Made by a program: the position numbers and the translations under genes. Positions 1-10,931 of a stretch of 64,000 nt of DNA are shown one piece after another. Position 1 is the first letter of the stretch. Each line of letters begins with the position of its first letter. Where the stretch lies: assembly GCA_047495785.1 (NCBI GenBank), contig JBLDXI010000001.1, positions 1,364,001 to 1,428,000 on the forward strand, in the 5' to 3' direction. The notes beneath the pieces were generated by a model. That model did not search any database, had not been told where the DNA came from, and saw nothing but the letters and a program-made list of their open reading frames with translations. The DNA comes from Lepidodermella squamata. Taxonomy: Eukaryota; Animalia; Gastrotricha.

Positions 1-418
1 GCCGGCGACGACAACAACGACAAAAGCTGCAACGACTACTACTACTACAACCACAACTGCTGCGACTACGTCAAATGCGGCTGATTGGAACGCTTGGTTT
101 CCTGGCGTGTTTCAAATGCCGAATTTCGGCCTGCCCAATGTGCCCAGCCTGCCGATAACTTCCAGCCAAAAGTGCTCAGCCGCTATCCCTGACGCCGGCC
201 CATCGCCATGCACGTTGCCAACGAAATCGCGGTTTTATTTCGATTTCGCCAGGCAGCAATGCGTTGAACAACAATTGTGCCCCAAGTACGTCAACGGCGC
301 CTGGGACATTGGAGCGGATGATTTGAACAACTTCGACTCGAATGACCAATGCCTGGCTGAGTGCTTGCCGAGCGCTGTTAGTACAACCGCATCGGCACCC
401 ACAACTGTCAAAGCTTGA
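1..418 (+). CDS. 3' part of a Thr-rich mucin-like protein with a C-terminal Kunitz-like domain (5' end outside the window)
   Basis: Frame open from base 2: PATTTTTKAATTTT..., then CSAAIPDAGPSPC...RFYFDFARQQCVEQQLC...NNFDSNDQCLAEC (6 Cys, Kunitz-like FYFD and NNF-x4-C-x3-C). Stop at 418. Confidence 0.8.
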   Translation, partial: PATTTTTKAATTTTTTTTTAATTSNAADWNAWFPGVFQMPNFGLPNVPSLPITSSQKCSAAIPDAGPSPCTLPTKSRFYFDFARQQCVEQQLCPKYVNGAWDIGADDLNNFDSNDQCLAECLPSAVSTTASAPTTVKA

Positions 419-760
419 TGATTAATGTTCAGCTAAAAAAATCAAAAACCCAAAATATTGCCCTGTTCACTTCATTATTTTTCGCTATTTTTTTTGCAAC
501 ATCACATGTCGTTGAACCTGAGTAATAAATTTGTTGCGTTTAAATCGGCTATTTATTGTTTTCCAGCGCACTCAAATTTCTTGTGCTATAGGGCTATAAT
601 AAAAAATAACACCCATTTCGAAGGGTGGGAGTTGACACCACGTGAGTTGGCGCGATAAATAATTGCTTTGTTTACGCGCTCGGCTTTTAACGTCTCCACC
701 TTAAAAAATTAATTTCAGAACTTCTATTCTCAAAATTAAATAATACAATTTTTCTGGCGA

Positions 761-1564
761 ATGAGACTAGGGGATAGCGATTTTCGGACATTTATAGCCT
801 TAGCGCTATGCTTGTTTTTCAAGCTAAGCCTAGGCAATCCGTTGGCAGATGATCTGCCCGAATCGATCGATGACGATCTACCAGCGGCTTTGCCAGAGCC
901 TGTTGACGATGAACAGAAGTCGACTATGCCACCGATTGTAACACGCATAATTACGCCGAGGCCCGGAGCGAAGTTGCCTGATCACCTAAACGGCGCTATT
1001 GCGTTTTCGAATGGAACTATCAAGCTTAAAAACGGGACAATGTTCAATTTGCCAAAATGCAATAGAACTGTTGATGTCAACTGTACATCAGCTATGAATG
1101 CAACCGCTCACTTTTTTGGTTGGTTTTATTTTGAAGAAATTACCAAATTTATACCGAACTGTGAAAATTGTTTATTTGCCTATTTATGGTAGTTGATCTT
1201 AATTTAATTATTTTTTCAGGTTTACTTGGATTTGGCGGCGGACTGGGTGGTTGGGGCTTCCCAGGTTGGGGAGCAGGAGGAGGAGGAGGCTGGGGCGGTG
1301 GTTGGGGCAATGGAGCCAGTGCCGGCTACAACGGCGCAAGTGCAGGCAATACTTGGGGAAACAGCTATGCCGGTGGTTACGGCGGGTAAATTTTTTGAAA
1401 ATTTAACAAAATTTCAATCATAATTTCTCGGTTTTCCTTAATACAAGACCTGGCTGGGGTGGCGGCTGGGGCGGGTTTGTTTCAGGTTGACTGCATCGCA
1501 AATTCGAAATGTTTCATTTTATTTTTGCAGACCTGGCGGATGGGGAGGCGGTTTTCGGCGGTAA
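761..1564 (+). CDS. Secreted Gly/Trp-rich protein, paralogue of the 1942-3117 gene (multi-exon; 3' exon structure approximate)
   Basis: Hydrophobic signal, acidic Pro-rich segment, shared domain GAKLPDHLNGAIAFSNGTIKLKNGTMFNLPKCNRTVDVNCT, then a tttcag acceptor near 1220 into GLLGFGGGLGGWGFPGWGAGGGGGWGGGWG. Small downstream GGWGG exons. Confidence 0.7.
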
Positions 1565-1941
1565 TTTCAAAGCGACCTCATCTTCAGAGACTTGCCATAT
1601 AATAACCAGTCACCTCAAAAAACTCTTGATCACATGATCTATCTTGAATTATACTACGAATAATTAGTTCGTCATTCATTTTTTTGTCGGAAATACTGGA
1701 AAAATAAAAAATAATTCCGATCTCAATCCATTTTGATTTTTTGGAGGGCGATCGGTCGTTCTTTTTTCGAAAATTAGTTAATAAAAAAGAATGGCTTCAA
1801 ATTGTCGTAAATCAAGGTGTTAAACGTGGAATTCAGATGAGAGCGCGGCGTAATAAAATTTTATTGTTCTGACCGAAGCAGTGTAGTTGTTATATTGACT
1901 TGAAAACTAGCAATTAAAAATTGAAGAAATTTTTCGACCGC

Positions 1942-3117
1942 ATGGACGTTAACTATTTTCATGTCGCTGCATTGTTATTTCTCGCATCGTTAGCTTTTTG
2001 CTCCGATCTGCCTCCTGAGCTCCCGCCTGATGATTTACCACCGGAACTGCCGAAGATAACTCAGCCCGCTAGAATTACATCGAAGCCAACGCCAGCCAGC
2101 AACGAAGGGAGGACAATAAGCCCAAATCGAGGCGCGAGTTTGCCTCCGATACTTCAAGGCGCCTTGGTGTACTCGAACGGGACTCTCAAATTGAAAAACG
2201 GGACAATGATAAACATTCCGCGATGTAACGTCACGGTTGACAAGAACTGCACAGCAGCGGCTAATGCAGTTAACCAGCAGCTAGGGCTGGGTACGAACTT
2301 CGGAGGCTGGGGTGGAGGCGGCTGGCCTAGCTTTTTCGGTGGTGGCGGATTCCCTGGTTGGAACAACCCGAACTGGGGCGTACCTGCCGGGCCAGGCAGT
2401 TGGCTCGGCCCACCAGCTTACGGTTATTCCTTAGTCACTGTCACTTTTTCGACGCCAACAACCCCGAAACCTGTGCCGATTCAATGCCTTTACTCGAACA
2501 ACTACGCTGCCAGAGGCATTAATGCAGGTCTAGTGCCTGGCGGCTTGGGTGGCATAGCGCCGGGTGGGCCGGGTGCTTGGGGCGGATGGGGCGGCTGGGG
2601 TAATAACTACGGCTGCCAATATGGCAGTACTAACGCCTTCGTTTGGAGTGTCCCAGCTCAGAAATGCGTCTCTGTTACGGTTTGCAAGGTTCAGGGGTTC
2701 TACAGCTGGGGTGCCGAAGCCGGATTTGCGACTGAAGCTGATTGTAATCAGCTATGCGGAGGTAATTTCCAAAATTATTACTATGGTTTCCGGTAATTTT
2801 TTATTTTTTAGGTACGTCCGGTGGTAGTGCACCAGGTAAAAATTATCGAAACTTTCAGCCTTATTCGTTGTTTTAATTTTAATTTTAATTTATTTTTGTT
2901 CTACCTGAATTCAATGAATGAATTTATTTATGTATTATTAATTTAATTTTAATTTATTCGATTTTAATTTTGTTTTAAAATTTATGAATTTAATTTTTTA
3001 AATTTAAAATTCGCCTGGAATAATTATTTTTATTTTTTTACAGCACCAGCGAATGGCGGAAGTCCGGCACCCGCTCCTCCAGATTACAACGGCGGGGATC
3101 TGCCTCCTCCCTTGTAA
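1942..3117 (+). CDS. Secreted Gly/Trp-rich protein with a Kunitz-like domain
   Basis: ATG 1942, signal peptide, shared NGT-rich domain, GGWGG repeats, Kunitz-like C...C..AFVWSVPAQKCVSVTVC...FATEADCNQLC. Intron 2762-2811, 24-nt exon 2812-2835, intron to 3043, last exon ...DYNGGDLPPPL*. Confidence 0.8.
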
Positions 3118-3511
3118 TAATTAACGTTGACAATTTTTCAAGCATCATCAACAGCTCCATGAAATCGTCAGCCAGAACAAAAAACAAATGTAATAACACG
3201 TGTTAATAAAATATATAATCTCATTTGTCAACACTAATGGTTATTATTTTGTCAAATCTAAACATGAATCTATACACATCATCGCGCTTTCAGAAAAAAA
3301 CAAGAGGCATTACTGAAAATCATCTTATGAAAGCTTCTTTTAAAACGTGCGCCAAGATGTTCCGCATGAAATCCCGTCAAATTTTCTCATTTAACGCCGC
3401 AGTTAAATACTTTTTTTCGACGCTGCGATATCTCTCTCTGTGGCAAACTTTTTCAAGCAGCTACCAGTTTTCAGCTGTTAAATTTTCGAGAGAGTTCTGA
3501 GCTTCGAAAAA

Positions 3512-4090
3512 ATGGCTAAACTCTGCGCAAGTCTTGTCGTTTTACTGGCTTCGATTGTTTCCACTCAAGGTTTGGAATTTCTTTAAAAACATTTCAAATT
3601 AAAATGTCAAATGATAATAGCACAGAATCAGGAACTCGCGACAAATCTGCAAGGATTTATTGGGGATATCGTAAATCAAGCCTTCAAGCCGAACGCTGTC
3701 CAAATGCCAGCCCAAGTGCCCAGAGTTCCGCAACCTAGCGACTTTAACCAGAACCCGTTCAACCTGACGTTTTACAGGCCACAAGTTGTGGAAGTAGTCC
3801 AGCCGACACCACCCGATATTTCGAAGGATCCGTCTTTGAAATGCATGTTCCCAGGACTGAGCGCGAAGCCGTGCCCAGCGACGCGTGTCGAAGGCTGGGC
3901 GTGGAACCTCCTGGCGCAAAAATGCGAGCGCCGAACCTATTGCAACACGCCGTTGATTATCAATCAATATTTCGATGGCTTCATCACCGAGTACGAATGC
4001 AAAATAACTTGCGTGAAGACTACTACAGCACCAGCTACCACAGCTGCAGCTACTACAGCAGCCCCTACAACTGCCAAAGCTGGGAAATAA
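3512..4090 (+). CDS. Small secreted protein with a single Kunitz-like domain and Thr/Ala tail
   Basis: Exon 1 MAKLCASLVVLLASIVSTQ (signal), intron about 3570-3620, then CMFPGLSAKPC...WAWNLLAQKCERRTYC...FITEYECKITC. Confidence 0.8.
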
Positions 4091-4250
4091 TCAACCCATA
4101 GACTGATATGACTTTTTCGAGAATCCTGCCGATGATTTAATTTCAGAATAATTCATAACCCACATCATAAGTAAGATTTAAAAAATCACAGTACAGAGGT
4201 ATTTTTTGTTTTATTCCAATTATTAAGCTTATCGATATAAAATACGATAA

Positions 4251-7231
4251 TTAGTCGATAGCCGGCTTGTCTATAGGTACACTAGGCAGGCCTTCATCAT
4301 CAACGTCGACGAAGCTAGGAGCAGCGTCGCCGTGGCCATGCTGCATGAATACGTTGTTCCTACATAAATCATATAAATTTTTCAATATTTATTCTTTAAT
4401 GCATACCTATTCGGCCCGTAATTGCAGACGATAGTGAAATCCCATTCATTTCCAGGCGGTCTACAATGCGCCTTACCGCATCCAATGTATAGAATCTTGC
4501 CAAGTCGTGTGTTATCATCAGCTTTCGGCGGATCCGGCAGATCAGTAAAAAGCGATGTATCATTTATTTGAGCAAAAGCCGCCTTAATGTCAAGCCCCTC
4601 ATCGTCGGGCTTAGTCGATTTCCGTTGCCTAAGCGCCCATTCTGACACGCATTCTTTAATAGACTCGTCCCAACTTGCCCAGCAGATGTTCTGCCCGACG
4701 CCAGCAATTTCATCGAGGCCTAGGCTGGGTATTGTCCTTTGAACAACCTCGTCATGGCTTTCTAAACACTGACTCGCGTGCCGTTCCGCTGTTAGGGCAA
4801 GCTCTTCGTTCCAGACTAAAATCGGCAGATCAACCTCGTTTTGTTTAGATTTTCTCGCAACTGTTAGCCAGAGGTAGTGGAGTTTCAACGGCTCGTCGAC
4901 AGGAAACGGCACAGTATTTACAAGATATTTCGAATCATTTAAACAACTTGAGTGCTGTTTAGTGATCAAAACACCTGGTAAACAGTTTGGCTTAACAAAA
5001 TAAATTAGGGATTTTCACAAAAATTAGTCAAGAAACTTACCCCTCTCATTCCGCCACTTATCCTCAGAAGCGAGTGCTGATGGTGGTTAGTAGGATGGTA
5101 ATTAAGCGTCCAATTAGTGCCTAAACTAGCGGTTTTAATCCTCGAAGGGTTGTAGACTACATTAGACGTCCCGTTTGATAGCGGTTTATCTGTCGTAACT
5201 GGTAACGCTATCGAATTCTCGCGTTCGTAGAGACTAGTCTGAACGGCACTGTTCGAAAAATCAATCACCAGCGACGGGCCTTTATTCGATTGCATCGAGC
5301 TTGATTTCCGATTCGCTTTCGCATTAGCATCAGCAGAAAAGTAGCCCTTGAAATTTTCCATGGTAAGATTCACGAATGATTTCGGAGGCGGCATTGATGG
5401 TAGGAGTAATAAAGGCATTTGAGTTGTTGTAGTGGTGGAGGGCGTAGTTGGAGGGGTGGTGGTCGAAGTCGTGGTGGTCGTTGTTGTGGTGGTGGTCGTC
5501 GTCGGTGGTTCAGTTTTCGGAGTCGTTGTTGTAGTCGTCGTAGAAGTACTCGTAGTGCTTGTCATAGTAGTCGTCGTAGTACTCTGAGTAGTCGTGGTCG
5601 AAGTCGTGGTTGTCGGAGTGGTTGTGGTCGTCGTTGGTGTCGGAGTCGTGGTTGTACTAGTTGTAGTGGTTGTGGTAGTGGGCTGAGTCGTAACAGTTGT
5701 CTTCCTAGTTGTTGTAGTAGTTTTCCTCTTAGTCGTCGTAGTGGGTTCCGGGGTGGTTGTAGTCGTAGTTATCGGTTCGGGCTCTTGTTCCACCTCAATC
5801 TCAGGCTGCATCACTGGCACAGAGTCCATCGGATCCGGATCAGGTTCAAATACCGCCTCAGGCGTCGTCGAAGTTGTCCTAATCCGTTTCGGTCGTTCCG
5901 TGAAATAACTCTGAAAATGGCTGTAAGTAATCGGCTCCGGCCATCTAATGGTTGTCGTTCGATGCATAGCATGTGGCATGCAAATTTCGAGACATTCCTG
6001 CTTCGATGCGAAGCTGTTACGCTCGGCGAAATATTCCTGACTAAGCATGTACAGGCTTTTCTCGAGACAGTCGAAAAATACGTAACAACTCTGCCGTCTC
6101 GCGTCGAATTGCCACCGAATTTCTTCAAAAGTGCACTCCCGCTCTCTTTCCTGCGAAAATTGTTGTTGCCGTTGCTGCTGCTGCAGCTTCGTTTGATCAC
6201 GACATCGATTTTTCGAGGAAACGTTCGGTCGGTTTTGACGGTGGTTGTTGCTGCCGCTGCTACTACTACCGGCTGATTTGTAATGCTTCAGCTGTTCGAC
6301 GCATTTCGGCAGCCGTGGGACCCAGGTGCCATCGGCTGAACAGGTAACGGCAGCACTGCCGACCATTATCGTTCCATAAACGCATCGATACCACACGATA
6401 TCGCCATTTACAGAGTTCCGATCGCCGTCAAATGATGACTCATCAATAATTGCGTCTTCGACTACGGAAAGAAAACAAAAAATCGCTCATTTTAAAATTT
6501 TTATATTTTAATAATTCGAGAATAACAAATCCTCCTTAAAAAAATCAAATTATCTAATTAATTTTTAAAATTTAATTATAATTCATGAGAAATTAGGTCA
6601 AATTGACAGTTTTCCAGGTATTCTCTAGTGAGAAAATTATATTTAATTTTTTTATACCTATTGGCGCTGGTCCACATGATGCTTTTATGCTTGTTCTCGC
6701 ATTGTCATAAATATCGTCTATCAAGTCCCGCCTGCTTTCGATAGCGATTTCTGGTCCAAGTTCGGTTTCTCTCCCATGCTCTTCGTCACCTTCAGATTCA
6801 TTCACTTGCTCCGAAATGTCCCTCCCATCGTCAGAGCTCGTTTCCACTTTAAATTCAGACGCATAATCAGTTTGTTCGGGAGTCTCTTCCAAAGTTTCGT
6901 ACGCACTGATTGGCTTTTTGACGGATTTAGAGTAGTCGGAATATTCTGAAGTTCCAAGGCCCGACCCCCGAGAAGATGTGGGTGAATAGTTTTCTAGTTC
7001 AAAAAATATTCAATTTTGATTTACTTATTTTAATTGTTAATTATTACCTGCCGAATCCCACCGGTTGTATCTAGCAGCATAGGTGTATTGAAAATATTGA
7101 ATCGAAAGAGCAATAAAAATGATTTTATAAAATGTTGAATGACTGATAATCGAAGGCCGTAGCAGGCTGCTGGTACGATGCCGGATGCTGCTGTCGTGGG
7201 GTGAAAATTGAAAGACCAGTAGCTGCTTCAT
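4251..7231 (-). CDS. Acidic region-Sushi-Kunitz-like-mucin-degenerate CAP protein (about 5 exons)
   Basis: Sushi CGPAPI|VEDA...WYRCVYGTIMVGSAAVTCSADGTWVPRLPKC; Kunitz-like domain with polyQ insert; long poly-Thr stalk; SGGMRG|PNC; CAP motifs WNEELA..AERHA, GQNICW, IGCG, VCNYGP. HYTQ is replaced by AFAQ. Confidence 0.85.
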
Positions 7232-7604
7232 GTCGCGGCGGCTGTGGTCTCGCGTAGCCGGCTAAAGCGAACATGCCTCGCAGCCTCTATAGTCAAAAAA
7301 TATCTTCATAATTGTTGTCTGTTGCGGCTGCTCGCTGTAACGCTTTCATTGTCACGGCTGCTGTCGGCTCGTGTAAGTTTTCTCTTTCATATGCATGTTT
7401 GTTTTCCGTGAATAACTTTGCGAATAACACGCAAAATAAACAGGTCACATGACAAATTTTACTCAGCGTTAAATTGTCAAGCAAAAAAATAGGCGATGCG
7501 ATTGGCAACATAATTGCGGAGATTGAGAAAATGAATAAAAAAAATTGAAGAGTCAAATTTGAGAACCTTGACGTAAATTTTTCTGAAAATGTCTCTCAAT
7601 ACAA

Positions 7605-7663
7605 AAATTATGGAATCATTAAAAAATTATTTTTTTAATTATTTTTTAATGACTCCATAATTT
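7605..7663. repeat. 23-bp inverted repeat (1 mismatch) with 13-nt loop
   Basis: aaattatggaatcattaaaaaat (7605-7627) versus attttttaatgactccataattt (7641-7663). Confidence 0.75.
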
Positions 7664-8136
7664 AAGTTAATTTTTAAATTATTAAAAAATAATTCCAATT
7701 TTTTAATAATATTATCTGATTTTTAAATGATTAAAATCCAGGTCAGGTAATATTTATTTTGAATTTTTTATTTTTTAGCAACTATTTTTTTCTGATTAAC
7801 CCGAAGATCTCGGCGGCGTTCTTGTGGCGTGTCTCAGCATATATTTATATACTAGTTTGAAAGCAGTTTTGTGGTGTCCGGTGCAGGATATCTTTTGGAT
7901 ACACACAATTGCCAGCAAAATTAGCAATTTACCTGGTTGCTTATAGCGGCAGCTTCTATTTGACACGATTGTTTTTCTGTTTTGCGCGTCTATTTTGCGC
8001 GTAAAATAGCGCGCCGCGAGTGCGTTTATACCGCTATTTCTTCGGTACAGTTTTTCTCGCTCTCAGAGCTTTTCAATTTTTACAAGTTTATGCTGCCAGC
8101 AAATTGCTATAACAGATATCCTACTTATTTTGCATC

Positions 8137-9714
8137 ATGGTTAGATTTGTGACTCTTACTGTCGCACTGCTCGGAATTTGCAATCAATTTACGAATGCGC
8201 AGAACACGAGCCTTTACGCGGCTGAGAGCGAGATTTGCGGGCCTTTGAGTCTCGTCGACGGCGCTGCGCCTCTTCACGTGCCTTATGCCATGGCGAATGA
8301 CTACGGCCCAGCGGCGCAGGGGTGCGAAAATCACGAGGAGTGCGTCATTTTCGCGTGCCATCCTGGACGAAATTTAGTGGGCAAATTTATCGTGAAATGC
8401 GATGTTATAAGGTGGGTTATTCTTTAAATTTAAATTATGAAAAATTAAATTGAATCGTCTAGCCGCCAGTGGAGCGAGTTGCCCCAGTGTGTCCTTACCA
8501 CCCTACCAACAACGCCTTCAACTACAACCAAAGCTGCAGACCCGTGCGAAGATTCGCCCAAGACCGAAAATGCGGGATGTTGGCGCAAAAAACAACGGTG
8601 GCACTACAGCAAGGAGATAAAGCGATGCATGTCCTTCTTGACATGCGCGCGGGGCCCGGAATTAGGTGGAGGTTCGCCGAATGTTTTCGCCTCGGAGCAA
8701 GAATGCATTATGACATGCGCCAGACCCGAGGGACTTCTCAGGCTAAATGCGACAACACCACTGCCTCACATCCATCCAATCGCTCTTCCTTCGTTATCAG
8801 CAGCGAAGAAGCTGAAACCTTTGCCGGCTGGTATGACTCGGATCATGGTTACACAAAATCCTAAATTTAACGGCCTGGGCGCGCCGTTGCCCATCAGAGC
8901 GCCTACAACGCCGCAAAAAGTTAAATATGGCGGTTTGCATGTCCCGACCCGAAAAACGGGCGTTGTGCCTCGCACTACGACAAAGGAAATAATTTCAACA
9001 ATTGACCCAAATATTGCCAGGAGGCTAACCGGTGGACTGAGGGGGGTAAGTTTTGGTCCAAAAAAAATAAATTATTTTCAATAAATTTTTCCAGCGTCAA
9101 TGTCTCAAAGGGGTCGATGTCGAAACCCACTCTAGCTGCTTGCCCGATTCGAAAAATCTCTTAGCAATCGAGCCAATCGATGCACGAGAGGTTTTAGGGT
9201 TCCACAACGCGATTCGAGGCAATGTAACCCCTCCGGCCAGATTTATGCCCGAACTTGCTTGGAATTTCGACCTAGCCACAACTGCCGAACGATTCGCCGC
9301 ATCATGCCCGTCGGAAATCGAAGACTCTCCCGAGGCGCGTGCCCTACCGCGGTGGAAAACTGTCGGGCAGAATGTGTGTCATTCAATACGAGGCGACATG
9401 TCTCTCGCCGAATGTATCCTTCGAATTTGGGGCAGTGAGGCCATGTATTGGAGTTATGGTGTTGGCGAGACGGACCCAGATGCAATTGTTGCCCATTACA
9501 CCCAAATGATATGGTCTGGGACCCTGTTCGTCGGATGCGGAGTGGCGCGATGCACCAACTCAACCTGGACAACAACCATCGTTTGTGAGTTATTTGAAAA
9601 TTTTTAAAATTTTCAGAACATTTTCAATTTTTTTCTATAGGTAACTACGCTCCGGCCGGAAATTTCGCAGGCCCAGGTAGAAATCCTTACGCTGAGCCGT
9701 ATGTGAGGCTATGA
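8137..9714 (+). CDS. Secreted Sushi-like-Kunitz-like-CAP protein
   Basis: Signal peptide; 6-Cys Sushi variant; Kunitz-like RWHYSKEIKRCMSFLTC...NVFASEQEC; TGGLRG|intron; CAP with HNAIR, GQNVC, AHYTQMIW, C|NYAPAGN. Confidence 0.9.
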
Positions 9715-9916
9715 ACCTGTATAATTACTATAATGAAAGACCTATATTTTCGTAACCATTTGATAATAAAACAGGATGTTAAAAGCCATCATCATTTTTA
9801 AATTGAAAATTAATTTTATTTCTTTGAATTAAAATTTGAAAATCGTCAAACAAAACAGGTGAAAACGAGTGATCACAAATCAGAAATTATATTAGCGATG
9901 AACTTTACAGAGTTAT

Positions 9917-10833
9917 TTACACCTCGATTTCTAGATCGAGGCGACGTTTAGGCAACAGACCACCGACGCGGCTGCGAAGACCGAGTTTGCCGGTAGTCGA
10001 GGAGCGCTTGCTCGGCGGTGTTGCATCGACATCGCTTGAGGTGGACGCTGATGACGAAGCTCGGTCGTTGTCGACAGCTCGGCGCCAACTGCGTTCTTGA
10101 GTGTGAAAAGCAGCGTCACGCATGGTTACGTAATAGCTGCGGCGCGATTCGAGTGTCGGCTGGTTGGGCGTCGACAGCAAGTCGAAACGGCCATTGGCTT
10201 CGCAGTACTCGATGAACGCCTTGTAGCCACCCTCGAGCAGGTACACCTCAGGGTAGTCCAGCCTCGGATAGTTGGCCTTGTTGCGATCGCGATCGGCCTT
10301 GCGAAAACGACGCAGCATCGCCGGGCCGCGCTGGCTGCTGAACTCGCAGTGGAAGATGAGAACGCGGCGCTGGTTGTGGCCAGGCTGGCCGGTGATCGGG
10401 AACACAGTTTCGACCTGAGACATCAGCGGGGTGTTGACAGCATTGCGAATGTGACCACCGTCGTACTCGAACGGGTAGCGGCAGTCGGCGATTTCGAACG
10501 TGTCGACACAGCCGGCGAACTTGCCATCGATCAGATCGACTAGAACTTGCGGCTTGATGGCGACTAGGCTTTTCTCGGGCGAGCAAGGAAGAAGAGTCTG
10601 AAAGATAGAACAAAATATTAATAAAATTGAATAATAATACTTTGTGGTGATTTATAAATTTTCAAGGAATTGATGCTCACCTGGTGTTTAGGCTCTTCGA
10701 ACTGGTCTTGCGAAATCGAGTTCTCGAGCGAAAGATTCGCCATCGAGCCGAGCAGAGCCGCGTTCGAAATGATCGACAGCAAGGCGTTCGATTGCAGCAT
10801 GGCGCAAACTTCTTGTTGAGTTTGAGTAGCCAT
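9917..10833 (-). CDS. cdc25: Cdc25-family (rhodanese-fold) M-phase inducer phosphatase, minimal form (about 277 aa; exons 10833-10681 and 10597-9917)
   Basis: Spliced sequence contains IADCRYPFEYDGGHIRNAVN, catalytic loop FHCEFSSQRGP (HCX5R), and DR..N..YP.L.YPEVYLLEGGYKAF, all Cdc25 hallmark motifs. Confidence 0.93.
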
Positions 10834-10922
10834 TGAAGATGAGAGTGAATAAGCAGTAAAAGCTTGTTATTTAATTGAATTGCTTGAATGCAATGATTCG
10901 ATTTAACTGACGTATCGCTACC

Positions 10923-10931
10923 GTTTATATA
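10923..10931 (-). promoter_or_regulatory. Candidate TATA box of cdc25
   Basis: TATATAAA on the minus strand about 90 nt upstream of the ATG. Confidence 0.35.

Noticed and set aside
1221-2610. GW/WG repeats as Argonaute-binding hooks
   Set aside because: The proteins carry signal peptides, N-glycan sequons and disulfide domains, so they are predicted to be extracellular.
5419-6276. 285-aa Ser/Arg/Cys-rich plus-strand ORF
   Set aside because: Antisense shadow of the Thr-codon mucin repeat of the 4251-7231 gene; no independent features.
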